Origin: Candidatus Levyibacteriota bacterium
GTDB taxonomy: Bacteria; Patescibacteriota; Microgenomatia; Levybacterales; UBA12049
Length of the DNA: 64,000 nucleotides
NCBI GenBank assembly: GCA_027459725.1
Contig: DAIDHK010000007.1
Location: 261 to 64,260 of the forward strand
Direction: 5' to 3'
Each line of letters opens with the position of its first letter. Position 1 is the first letter of the stretch. The position numbers were made by a program, and so were the translations under genes. The notes beneath the pieces were generated by a model, which ran no database searches, had not been told where the DNA came from, and was given only the letters and a program-made list of their open reading frames with translations. Of the stretch, positions 1 to 9,359 are shown piece by piece.

Positions 1-3000
1 CTTAGGGTGTTACTACTGCTGAAAAATTGTATGTTCCCTGTTGATGACCCATTTAGTGTTAACGTATTCGTGCTACTCGCTGTTAATGACCCCGCCCCTG
101 CAAATGTTAATCCCGTCGCACTCGTGTTGATCGTATCTAGTGATGCTACCCCACTGAGTGCCCCTCCTGTCGTAACGTTTAATCCCCCACTGGATGTTAA
201 CGCAAATGTCCCGCTGCTGTTTCCAATCGCAGTTGATGCCGTACCTGTCGTGTTGATATTTGTAGCCCCTGCTACGCTTAATCCACCGTTGAGTGTCTGT
301 AACCCTGTCCACGTATTAGCATTACCTAAGTTTATCCCTAACGTGTATGGACCACTCCCACTTCTCGTCAACGTTGAGTCTGTACTGTTGTTTACAAATA
401 AATTACTTCCTCCCGGACATGTTCCCCATACAGGAGAACCAGTTGAAGCCCCTGAGGATAGAAAGCATTGCTGTGTCCCTGAAGTAGTTGTCGCCAGAGC
501 CAGTTGATTTGAAGTATTTAAATAAATAACGCTACTCTGATTTCCTGTACCTATGCCAGATAGCGTAATATTCCCAGCAGAACTCAGACCTGTCAATCCG
601 CTTATAACACCACTTGCGGTTATATTGCCATTGTTACCTATGGTAAATTTAGTATTTCCAGAACTACTGGCAGTAAAAATATCATTGGTTATCGCCCCTA
701 TCTGATTGACCACTTCTGCCGCATTTCCACCAGTATTTCCCCCATTAACGCTCAAAGTTCCAACCGGTGAATTCGTACCCACACCCAAGCTACCATTTAT
801 AAATGCAACATTTGAACCACTAGAATTGCTCAATACCAAAGCATCTTCATAACCGCTGCTAGTAAGATTAGGCAGTTCAAAACCAATGCTTCTATAAATA
901 CGCCCTACAGCAAATTGTGTACCCAGGCGTAATTCATTATTACTCGAATCCATATACATAAAAGCATATGGGTTTACATTATTTGATACAAACGGATTAG
1001 CGTAAGGCGTCACATTACCGGAAAGTACCAGAACGCCGGTCTCAATAGCACCATTCCCCGCATCAATTGTTTGTCGGGGAGATGTTGTTCCTACCCCTAA
1101 AAATCCACTTCCATTGGAATTGATCAACACATTCCCGGTGGTATTGTATGCAGAAGAGTTCCCTAAAGTTAAATTACCATCATTTGTAGTTGCCAATGTA
1201 CCATCTCCTGTTAAATATACAGCGTTATTTCCGCTATTGGCCGATATACTAGCCACTGGAGTACCTGTATTGTTATTCAAAAATGCAAATTTGGCGCTGG
1301 CTGTACTCGTCCCACCTACAAACAGATCTTCTGTGGCATTTAAAGGATAGATGGAACCATTACCACTAGTAAACAAACTCGTACTTCCTCCTCCTCCGGA
1401 GCCACAGCTACCCCAACTTGGCGAACTGGCACCATTAGAGACTAAACATTGCCCCGATGACCCAGCCGTAGTAAATGAGTAACTACTCCCGTTACTGTAA
1501 GCGATAGATCCAGCCGAACCAATGCTGCTAATGCCTGTTCCCCCACTTGAGACTCCTACTGTGGTAGCGGATAGTAGTCCTGACGAGGCTTGTAAAACAC
1601 CATTGCCTAAGCCTGTAAAATCAATCGAACCTGTAGCTGTAATATTATCAATATTTACTAGGTTACCATTATTATCAATTCTTTCTATCCCCGCTCCGGA
1701 ACCTGAATTAATACCTGTCGTACCGTTCAAAATTGTACCTGTGATTGTACTGGCGGCATTTAGAGCACCGGCCGTAGTGACATTAAAATTGGAGCTGGTA
1801 ATATAATTACCACCTGTTGCAGTTGCACCTGCTAAACCTAGCGTACCAGCACTGTTAATTGAAGCTTCTTCATTACCATTAACTCTAAAAGCAAAATTAT
1901 TATTAGTTGTATTTACTCCTAATGCATAATCATATAACAGACCAGCACTACCACAACCCTCGGTAAAAGTACATTGAATATGTAATGAACCAGGTCCTAA
2001 GAACAGATTTCTAAATCTAGCCGAGCCGCTGGCACCTAAATCGGTAACATTATCAGTTGCCGGAGCTAAATACCCATCTATAGCACTATTACGTGGATTA
2101 ACAATAATGTTACCCGTACTACTGGTGCCCAGTGTTAAAGTCTGAGCATTGGTGGTTCCCAAAACTCCGGCGCCCGATAAATATGTAGCATTATTGGTCG
2201 TATTAGCAGAAATACTGGCTGTAGGCGTACCGCTGTTAACATTAGTGAAGGCAAATTTGGCAGACGAAGTGGATGCACCACCGATCAATAAATCTTCAGT
2301 TGAATTTATTGGATAAATTGCTCCCTGTCCGGCATTAAATAAGTTAGTTCCGCTGCCTAATGTGCAATCACCCCAGATAGGAGCGCTTGTCCCGCCCGAG
2401 AGCAAACACTGATTACTGCTTCCCACTCCTGTAAATTGATAGCGGGTTCCATCTGAATACAAAACTGTTCCCCCTAACCCGATAGAGTTAGTATTAGTAC
2501 CTCCATCATTTATTCCCAGAGTACCTGTAACCTCATTGCTCTCCAAATGAACAGGACCACTACTCAAAACACCTGATGCTGAAAAATGAGCAATGCCGAT
2601 AGAGCCTGTGGCATAAGCTGTACCACCTGCAGTAATCGTCCCGTCATTGGCAATAGTAAATTTAGTAATACCCGATGAACTTGCAGTAAATATATCGTTT
2701 GTATTTGCACCATTCTGATTGACAATAAGCGCAGCATCTCCATTATTTACACCCCCGCTGATACTTAAGTTGTTATCCGTTGCTAAAATTTGAGATCCGG
2801 AGTTATATAAATCTACATTTCCATTAGTGCCGCTAATAGTCAAACCGGTGTTGGCGGTTGTATTGCTTAATAATAGGGCGTTCTTACCAGAAGCTCCTAT
2901 AGACAGATTGCTGGAGAAATTACCCGTACCACCTACATTCAAAGTTGAGCTTCCTCCTGCCTGTCCAATGCTAACAGTTCCATTATTGTTTATATTCATT

Positions 3001-6000
3001 ACATTCAAGTTATAACTGCTATTACCAACATTGGCTGTTTGAATATTTAAACTATCACCGTTTAACAAATCCAGAGTTTGTGTGGCACTAGACCCAACTG
3101 GCACTGTCAAAGAGTAGTTAGTATTAAAAAGGAAAGAAGGATTTGTGTATCTCATACCTACTACTGCAAAGACAGCACTACTGGTAGCAGACGATCCCAA
3201 CAGAAAATCGGTTGTTGGATTACCGGGATATAATGCTCCGTTGGTAATCTCCCAGTAATTAGAACCAACCGTTGACTGATCCTGCCACACAGGTCCACCA
3301 GATCCTCCATTTGAAACCAAAACCTGACCGCTGTTACCTGCTGAAGTGAAATATAACGGGCCATTGGTCCCACCAGAGTATGGCACAGATCCATAAGGAC
3401 CAAATGAAGTAGTACCAGTTCCTCCATTACCTACAGGTAAGGTATTGGTTACATCTGTCGTAAGATTAACTAGTCCGCTGGAAATATTTCCATTACTATC
3501 AAAATGCGCCACGCCTGTTGAATACTTCTTGTCCGTAATTGTTCCATCATTAGCTATTGTAAATTTAGTTATACCCGAACTACTGGCACTGAAGATGTCA
3601 TTTGAAGTACTTCCGATTTGATTAACCACAAATGCTGAATTGCCTCCACTGTTTCCTCCTTCAACATCTAACAGAGCAATTGGATTGGTAGTACCAATGC
3701 CAATATTACCATTATCGTAGATGTCTCCGTCTCCCAATGCATAGGTGCCTGTAAATTTAGCAATATAGTTTGTAATTCCATTCCCACCCAAACTGGCTGA
3801 AGATCCTGAACAGTTTCCGCTCGAATCACAAAGAGTCCGGTTACCCCAGTATAAATATCCAGACGGCGCTCCTGTAGTACCGGTAGTATTTAAAATATCA
3901 TTTATCCCACCAGCCACACCTAATCTAACACCCCCATTGATATCTAACAATTCCTGGGGGTTAGTAGTTCCAATACCTACAAATCCACTTGGGGAAATAG
4001 TCAGTGCAGTATGAAAATAACTTGGAGTATCTCCGCCTGGGCTGGTATTAAAAGTCAGGCTGCTGCCGTTATACAAATTAAAGTTGGCTGCAGCATTTAC
4101 GCCTGTTGGCACCTCCAACGCAAGATTCCCCGAAATGGAAGCAGTAGGATTACCCGTTCCTGAATTATTGATAAAAGCAAATTTGGCACTATCTGTAGAT
4201 ATTCCACCCAATAACAAATCATTACTCAAAAATTTTGGTGAGACAGTTCCCTGATATTCACTCCAATAATTCACGCCCACCGAGCTTGAACTGGTCCAGC
4301 TAGGTGTACCTGTACCATTAGAAATTAAAACATCTCCCAATGTCCCGGATGAAGTAAATCCATAAGCCGTTCCAGTGGAATAAACGATGGAACCAGCAGT
4401 ACCTACAGAGTTATTTCCGGTACCACCTGAACCAAGAGGCAATAGACCACTCACCTCACTTGTTAAATTTACCAGGCCACTAGTTATGGTCCCATTAGAG
4501 CTCAAATGAGCTATTCCTGTAGTCAAATTTGCCAATCTCACGCTGCCATCACTGCCTAAAATCAAAGAGGAAGCCAATCCGCTATCTCCACCCGGAGAAA
4601 AATTGAAATTAAATGACCCTCCGTTTAAGACGTTCAAACTACCCATAAAATTGTTGCCAGTGGGTGCGCTTAATGAAAGATTACCTGAAATAGAGGCAGA
4701 ACGAGTATTAGTGGTAGTGCCAAGAAAGGCAAAGGCGGCAGAAGGAGTTGACTGACCTCCAACCAACAGATCAACTGAATTATCTGCAGGAGTGATAACC
4801 CCATTACCTTCATTCCAATAATTAGTTCCTACTGATCCTGAGCTTACCCAGCTGGGGGCACTGGATCCGTTGGAAATTAAGACCTGCCCAGGATTACCTT
4901 GGACCGTAAAGCTATATCCAGTACCGTCAGAATAAGCGACTGTGCCGGCACTGCCCAAAAAAGTAGTATTAGTTCCGCCTAAGCTGACTGGCAAAGTTCC
5001 AGTCAGATCAGATCCACTAGTTAAATCTATCAAACTACTACTTATTGTTCCATTTGAGCTAATATGTGCCACACCGGTGGTTAATTGAGGCAGCTGTACA
5101 CTCCCGTTATTATTCAAAACAAAACTTGAAGTTAAGCCGCTATTGCCACCTGGTGAGACTTCAAATGATAAAGCTCCTCCATTGAAAATGTTTAAACTAT
5201 TTGAGCCACCAACACCTGTAGGAACTGATATGGATAAATTGCCGCTTATGCTTGCTGAACGAGTAGTGGAGAGTACACCTGAAAACGCAAAAGCCGCCGA
5301 ACTAGTGGCGGTGCTTCCGATTAATACATCGTTAGTTTCATTACCCGGTGATATGGCACCGCTGCCTTGCTGCCAGTAGTTGACTCCTAAAATACAATTT
5401 CCCCATCCCGGTGCGCCTGAACCATTTGATACCAGACACTGATTAGCGGTCCCTTGGGTTGTGAAGTCATAGTAAGTTCCGTTCGAATAAGCGATTGTCC
5501 CAACAGGTCCTAAGTAAGTGGTATTGGTTCCACCCCGGTTAATTGGCAGTGTACCAATCACATCTCCACTAGCCAAGGCTATCTGACTGCTGCTCAAATT
5601 TCCGTTAGCATCGAAGTGAGCTATCCCTGTAGATAAACCTGACATCTGTATCGTACCGTCATTCTTTATAACAAACCTAGTCATTCCAGAACTGCTTGCA
5701 GTAAAGATATCTCCATTACCTGTCTGATCAATAATTCCAGCTGCCATACCAGCCACTGATGATGACCCCTGGACATCCAGCAATCCTAACGGCGCAGCTG
5801 TACCAATTCCGATATTACCTGCAGTGTAGTAGAGACTGCTTCCATTAATTAACCATTGGCCATTTCCTCCCGTTCCGTTGGAAGAAGCAATAGTAATAAT
5901 CTTGTTCGCTGCATCTGTCGTCAAAGTAATCCCGGTACCGGAAGCAAAGTTTAAAGTGTCATTGTTACTGCCAGCTGTGATTGTACTCTGTCCGCTGACA

Positions 6001-7103
6001 GCTATGTTTTTAAAAATATTTTGACTTGAGCCTAAATCATTTGCTGAAATCTGTAATCCATCAATAGAAATTCCTGAACCCGCATCCAATGTTAACGCAC
6101 CCGTCTGCCCCTGCAGACTGGTTTGTGTAACCGTAGAGCTAATGGTTGGCGTTTGACCGGAACTGATACTAATTCCTGACCCGGCTTTTACTCCATAAAT
6201 TAAATTAGCGCCTGTCACATTTCCTGAACCTGCGTCAATATTGGCATTGTTAGTAGTAATCCCCCCGTTCAAGATTGATAACCCATTAGCTGTTAAAGCC
6301 TGACCTACAACTAGAGTTTGCTGAGCACTCACTGAAGAGGAAAAAGTAGTTTCCTGCTTAAAAAGCGATGGAATCGAAACTGTAAATTGTAAATCAGGAT
6401 TGACACTTGCTGCACCAAGTACAGACTGAAATTCATTTCCTTTTAGATCCAGGGTAGTAACAGCTGATTTAAATAAGTTGTAATTTAGCCAGCTATTGCC
6501 TAACCACTGAGGCTTAAAAAATAAAACAGAACTAAGAACAAACAAACTTAAAATTAAGCCCGAAGACGTAAATATGAAATATTTTGATATATTTCTATGC
6601 TTTTTGTTAGCTTCTTCAGAATTTTCAGAGTATAAATTTTCATATGGCATTACATCCGCTGGTGGCTGATAAGCCGCAATTCGTTCATTCAAATCACGTT
6701 GCCTTTCCTGTTCCCAGGCATAACGCTGTGCAATAGTGGCAAAGCCAAGATATTGTTCTTGTTCCTCTGTTTCTTCATTTTCAGTTGCATAATCAAGATC
6801 TAACTTAGGAACTACTATATTTTTTTCAATTGTTGAGATTGGCATCTCCTCAGTTTGAGGCAGGTTTGCTTCCAGAGCTAATTTCCGTAAAGCCTTTTGT
6901 GGATTTTTTTTCTGCAGTAGTTTTCTAAAGGCCCGTAGTTGTTTAACAGTATAACGACGCTGGTTTCCCTGAGTTCGGATGGAGACTAATTTAGCGCTTT
7001 CGTCCCAACGTCTTAAAGTTTGAGTGGAAACATGCAGGTAATCTGCCGCCTCTTGAACGGTTAATTTTTGTACACTTTCTTTGGACAGGGACAGATCTTT
7101 CAT
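1..7103 (-). CDS. Giant surface fibre protein, partial: start codon at 7103, continues past window position 1 (at least 2360 aa in window). N-terminal excisionase/MerR-type HTH, one TM helix (FIFTSSGLILSLFVLSSVLFF), then a huge repetitive ectodomain rich in G/S/T/N with tail-fibre-like motifs
   Basis: Hand translation of the minus strand from ATG (rc of cat at 7101-7103) gives MKDLSLSKESVQKLTVQEAADYLHVSTQTLRRWDESAKLVSIRTQGNQRRYTVKQL..., and the frame stays open to the window edge. The codon just upstream of the ATG is a stop. The ORF track omitted it because it has no stop inside the window. About 7 units recur every roughly 110 aa (e.g. LISNGSSAPSWVSSGSVGTNYWNEGNG), together with LPxxxGGTGxT and GNIGIGTTNPxxLLDV motifs reminiscent of phage tail fibres. 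Confidence 0.8.
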   Translation of the reverse strand, partial: MKDLSLSKESVQKLTVQEAADYLHVSTQTLRRWDESAKLVSIRTQGNQRRYTVKQLRAFRKLLQKKNPQKALRKLALEANLPQTEEMPISTIEKNIVVPKLDLDYATENEETEEQEQYLGFATIAQRYAWEQERQRDLNERIAAYQPPADVMPYENLYSENSEEANKKHRNISKYFIFTSSGLILSLFVLSSVLFFKPQWLGNSWLNYNLFKSAVTTLDLKGNEFQSVLGAASVNPDLQFTVSIPSLFKQETTFSSSVSAQQTLVVGQALTANGLSILNGGITTNNANIDAGSGNVTGANLIYGVKAGSGISISSGQTPTISSTVTQTSLQGQTGALTLDAGSGISIDGLQISANDLGSSQNIFKNIAVSGQSTITAGSNNDTLNFASGTGITLTTDAANKIITIASSNGTGGNGQWLINGSSLYYTAGNIGIGTAAPLGLLDVQGSSSVAGMAAGIIDQTGNGDIFTASSSGMTRFVIKNDGTIQMSGLSTGIAHFDANGNLSSSQIALASGDVIGTLPINRGGTNTTYLGPVGTIAYSNGTYYDFTTQGTANQCLVSNGSGAPGWGNCILGVNYWQQGSGAISPGNETNDVLIGSTATSSAAFAFSGVLSTTRSASISGNLSISVPTGVGGSNSLNIFNGGALSFEVSPGGNSGLTSSFVLNNNGSVQLPQLTTGVAHISSNGTISSSLIDLTSGSDLTGTLPVSLGGTNTTFLGSAGTVAYSDGTGYSFTVQGNPGQVLISNGSSAPSWVSSGSVGTNYWNEGNGVITPADNSVDLLVGGQSTPSAAFAFLGTTTNTRSASISGNLSLSAPTGNNFMGSLNVLNGGSFNFNFSPGGDSGLASSLILGSDGSVRLANLTTGIAHLSSNGTITSGLVNLTSEVSGLLPLGSGGTGNNSVGTAGSIVYSTGTAYGFTSSGTLGDVLISNGTGTPSWTSSSSVGVNYWSEYQGTVSPKFLSNDLLLGGISTDSAKFAFINNSGTGNPTASISGNLALEVPTGVNAAANFNLYNGSSLTFNTSPGGDTPSYFHTALTISPSGFVGIGTTNPQELLDINGGVRLGVAGGINDILNTTGTTGAPSGYLYWGNRTLCDSSGNCSGSSASLGGNGITNYIAKFTGTYALGDGDIYDNGNIGIGTTNPIALLDVEGGNSGGNSAFVVNQIGSTSNDIFSASSSGITKFTIANDGTITDKKYSTGVAHFDSNGNISSGLVNLTTDVTNTLPVGNGGTGTTSFGPYGSVPYSGGTNGPLYFTSAGNSGQVLVSNGGSGGPVWQDQSTVGSNYWEITNGALYPGNPTTDFLLGSSATSSAVFAVVGMRYTNPSFLFNTNYSLTVPVGSSATQTLDLLNGDSLNIQTANVGNSSYNLNVMNINNNGTVSIGQAGGSSTLNVGGTGNFSSNLSIGASGKNALLLSNTTANTGLTISGTNGNVDLYNSGSQILATDNNLSISGGVNNGDAALIVNQNGANTNDIFTASSSGITKFTIANDGTITAGGTAYATGSIGIAHFSASGVLSSGPVHLESNEVTGTLGINDGGTNTNSIGLGGTVLYSDGTRYQFTGVGSSNQCLLSGGTSAPIWGDCTLGSGTNLFNAGQGAIYPINSTEDLLIGGASTSSAKFAFTNVNSGTPTASISANTTNNATYLSGAGVLGTTNAQTLTLGTSSTGNIIVNPRNSAIDGYLAPATDNVTDLGASGSARFRNLFLGPGSLHIQCTFTEGCGSAGLLYDYALGVNTTNNNFAFRVNGNEEASINSAGTLGLAGATATGGNYITSSNFNVTTAGALNAASTITGTILNGTTGINSGSGAGIERIDNNGNLVNIDNITATGSIDFTGLGNGVLQASSGLLSATTVGVSSGGTGISSIGSAGSIAYSNGSSYSFTTAGSSGQCLVSNGASSPSWGSCGSGGGGSTSLFTSGNGSIYPLNATEDLFVGGTSTASAKFAFLNNNTGTPVASISANSGNNAVYLTGDGTLATTNDGNLTLGNSSAYNTTGNVLINSNGSGFLGVGTTSPRQTIDAGNGAIETGVLVLSGNVTPYANPFVSNNVNPYAFMYMDSSNNELRLGTQFAVGRIYRSIGFELPNLTSSGYEDALVLSNSSGSNVAFINGSLGVGTNSPVGTLSVNGGNTGGNAAEVVNQIGAITNDIFTASSSGNTKFTIGNNGNITASGVISGLTGLSSAGNITLSGIGTGNQSSVIYLNTSNQLALATTTSGTQQCFLSSGASTGSPVWGTCPGGSNLFVNNSTDSTLTRSGSGPYTLGINLGNANTWTGLQTLNGGLSVAGATNINTTGTASTAIGNSSGTFALTSSGGLNVTTGGALSGVASLDTINTSATGLTFAGAGSLTASSTNTLTLNGSSTGNIQFFSSSNTL
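300..5500 (-). repeat. Degenerate in-frame tandem repeats of about 330-345 nt (about 110-115 aa) inside the giant gene
   Basis: At least 7 protein-level repeats share the core [LF][LIV]S[NG]G[ST]..P.W...C/S..G.NYW/LF. Examples are the rc of 5425-5465 (LVSNGSGAPGWGNC) and the rc of about 370-430 (FLSSGASTGSPVWGTCPGG). Boundaries are approximate. Confidence 0.6.
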
Positions 7104-7226
7104 AACTTAATCAAAAACTTATACAAGTTTGAGTCTAAAACGAAATTTTTATTGCTTACTTCATTGAAGCAATTTTTCACAACGCTGTCAATGATTATTA
7201 AGCATAATTTTGAGGCTATTTTTTTA

Positions 7227-7255
7227 TTGACTTTTGCAAATCTTTTCATTAGAGT
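7227..7255 (+). promoter_or_regulatory. Putative sigma70-like promoter for the atp operon (TTGACT, 17 nt spacer, TAGAGT)
   Basis: TTGACT at 7227-7232 and TAGAGT at 7250-7255 with a 17-nt spacer, in the divergent intergenic region between the giant gene start (7103) and the gene at 7317. Confidence 0.3.
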
Positions 7256-7316
7256 AAAAGCAGAGGATAAATTTGTGTCGAAACTTATACATTTTTTTAG
7301 CAAAATAAGTCCTATA

Positions 7317-8087
7317 ATGTCTTTATTCCTACTACTTCTTTTACTAGAAATTGTTTCTCCATTGACATCAGTTTTCGCGCAAACATTGTCTACAGGAGTA
7401 GCAATTTATGTAGATATACCTGGACAGACCGTACAACCTGGATCTATAATCAGTTTAAGTTCTCATGAATATAAACTAAGCAGCATTGCCTATGACCCTA
7501 CTGCAATAGGTGTGGTCATTAAGGATCCATCTGTATCCCTAGAAAACCCTCTTTCTATATCAAAATATTCCTATCCGATCATTCATGATGGAAAAGCCTA
7601 TGTTCTCGTCAACACCTCAAATGGAAATATTCAGACAGGTGATCCACTAACTACATCAAACACACCAGGAATAGCTCAAAAGGCTACAGAAGATGGCTAT
7701 GTAATTGGTACTGCCTTAGAAAACTACGACAATACAAATAAACTAAAATCTGCACTGATTCTTGCTAACATTACTTTTACTTTACGATCTAAACCAATTA
7801 ATAGTAAAACACAAAATCTGTTTTCTTCTTTTCAACAAGCATTTAATACAGGTTATGTCTCCCCTGCCACAATTATCCGCTATATAGCAGCTGCTCTGGT
7901 AGTCATCCTTTCTTTTCTGTTGGGTATCGGTTACTTTGGCCGAATAGCCACAGCAGGTATAGAAGCATTAGGCAGAAATCCATTGGCCAGCAATCTCATC
8001 TGGACAGGAATCGTATTTAATATTTCAATCATGCTGCTTTTAATCATAATTGGCATCGTCATAGGTTATTTTATTCTGGTTATTTAG
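7317..8087 (+). CDS. Secreted domain fused to a C-terminal ATP-synthase-subunit-c-like helical hairpin, sitting in the atpE position (degenerate c homolog lacking the conserved carboxylate)
   Basis: Signal peptide MSLFLLLLLLEIVSPLTSVFAQ, then a hydrophilic domain of about 190 aa, then IAAALVVILSFLLGIGYFGRIATAGIEALGRNPLASNLIWTGIVFNISIMLLLIIIGIVIGYFILVI. The loop IEALGRNP matches the c-subunit loop IEGIARQP/LEGAARQP, and LIIIGIV matches LPIIGVV in helix 2. The position that normally holds the essential Glu/Asp aligns to Leu/Met. The gene lies immediately upstream of atpF. The track start at 7068 overlaps the divergent giant gene; ATG 7317 is preferred and 7191 is an alternative. Confidence 0.55.
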   Translation: MSLFLLLLLLEIVSPLTSVFAQTLSTGVAIYVDIPGQTVQPGSIISLSSHEYKLSSIAYDPTAIGVVIKDPSVSLENPLSISKYSYPIIHDGKAYVLVNTSNGNIQTGDPLTTSNTPGIAQKATEDGYVIGTALENYDNTNKLKSALILANITFTLRSKPINSKTQNLFSSFQQAFNTGYVSPATIIRYIAAALVVILSFLLGIGYFGRIATAGIEALGRNPLASNLIWTGIVFNISIMLLLIIIGIVIGYFILVI

Positions 8088-8156
8088 ATTTAACTAAGTT
8101 CAGGCTCTTGTAAAAATCTTTTAAATCTTAGATACTAGAATTAACTATTAAAAACT

Positions 8157-8867
8157 ATGTTAGTTGCACCTGCCTTTTTATTATTAATAATTCTAACTAC
8201 TATCATCCTAGCTATAGCTGTATTATCAGTAATTGCCAAGTATGAGAAGTCCATTCATCAGTTGCGAGAAATTCTAAGAGAAAACATGAGTTTGAAAAAT
8301 ACAACACAAAGCAAAACGAGAAAGGCCTTGGAAAAAGTACACAAACAAACTGAAGAAATTATTCAACAAGCAAATAAGAAAGCCGAAGCGATTATTGAGG
8401 ATGCTCACCAGTTTCAGAATAATGAACGTGAAACTTTTCTTAACAAACTTAAAGAACTTACCCAAATGCACAGCAAAGCTCTTGATGAAATAAATGAAAA
8501 TCTACATGGCGAGTACAAGAATTCCCTAACTGGAGAAGAGTCTAAGGCTGAACAAATATTTCAAACTGCAACGAAAGATATCGAAGATTTGGCAGATCAG
8601 GAGCTCGCCCAACTGAAATCACTTTTAGAAAAAGAAACTATCGACAGACAAAAAGAGGTAGATGCAAAGATAGCCAAAGAATATCAAGATGTAGAAAAAG
8701 AGCTACAAGCTTACCGTCAACAGAAACAACAAGAGATAGATAAACAGGCACAAGCTAAGTTAAAAGATCTGATATATGCCACACTGGGGGAAAGTTTGAG
8801 TCCTGACCAACAGGAACAATTGCTGGTAAATGCGGTCAAAAATGCAGCGAAACGACAAAGTTTATGA
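8157..8867 (+). CDS. atpF: F-type ATP synthase subunit b
   Basis: N-terminal single TM helix followed by a long charged coiled-coil (K/E/Q-rich). Its position in the operon precedes delta. Confidence 0.75.
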   Translation: MLVAPAFLLLIILTTIILAIAVLSVIAKYEKSIHQLREILRENMSLKNTTQSKTRKALEKVHKQTEEIIQQANKKAEAIIEDAHQFQNNERETFLNKLKELTQMHSKALDEINENLHGEYKNSLTGEESKAEQIFQTATKDIEDLADQELAQLKSLLEKETIDRQKEVDAKIAKEYQDVEKELQAYRQQKQQEIDKQAQAKLKDLIYATLGESLSPDQQEQLLVNAVKNAAKRQSL

Positions 8868-9343
8868 ATAACATAACTACTTCTATTTCCCCACTTCTGG
8901 CAGTAATCTATACACGGGAAGAAGCGGAGAAGGTGCAAGATATTTTAAGTGATTCATTAGATTCACTCTACAAAGTACATCATAACAATACTTTATCAAT
9001 CTTATTAGATAATCTCCCTGCTCACATAGGGGAGGTTTTAAAAGATCAGATCGAACAAAAACAAATTGACGTACAAACACCTGAGGCTATAAAAAAAATT
9101 TGTGATAGTTTAGCTTTGGCATTAAAAAATACCGACTTACTAACTTTAAGCCTTGCTTTTGAGCCTAGCTTTGAATTGACACAGAAAATAGCCAAACTCA
9201 TAAAAACTGAGTTTGGTGGAAATACTTTGATTGAAATAGAAGTAGACCCGCATGTAATGGGAGGAGCCATAATTACTTTCAAGGGACAGTATTTTGACTA
9301 TTCATTAAAAACTAAAATAGATCATTTTCTCAAATCGCAATAG
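8864..9343 (+). CDS. atpH: F-type ATP synthase subunit delta (OSCP)
   Basis: A 159-aa helical protein between b and alpha; the 4-nt overlap with atpF is typical of operon coupling. Confidence 0.65.
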   Translation: MNNITTSISPLLAVIYTREEAEKVQDILSDSLDSLYKVHHNNTLSILLDNLPAHIGEVLKDQIEQKQIDVQTPEAIKKICDSLALALKNTDLLTLSLAFEPSFELTQKIAKLIKTEFGGNTLIEIEVDPHVMGGAIITFKGQYFDYSLKTKIDHFLKSQ

Positions 9344-9359
9344 CGATTGGTTATGCACA

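Noticed and set aside
7068-7316. Track ORF 7068..8087 begins at 7068, giving a hydrophobic or odd N-terminal extension (MYTFFGQGQIFHNL...)
   Set aside because: The first ~36 nt overlap the start of the divergent giant gene (7103, minus). The downstream ATG at 7317 yields a textbook signal peptide directly, so the extension is most likely non-coding promoter region.
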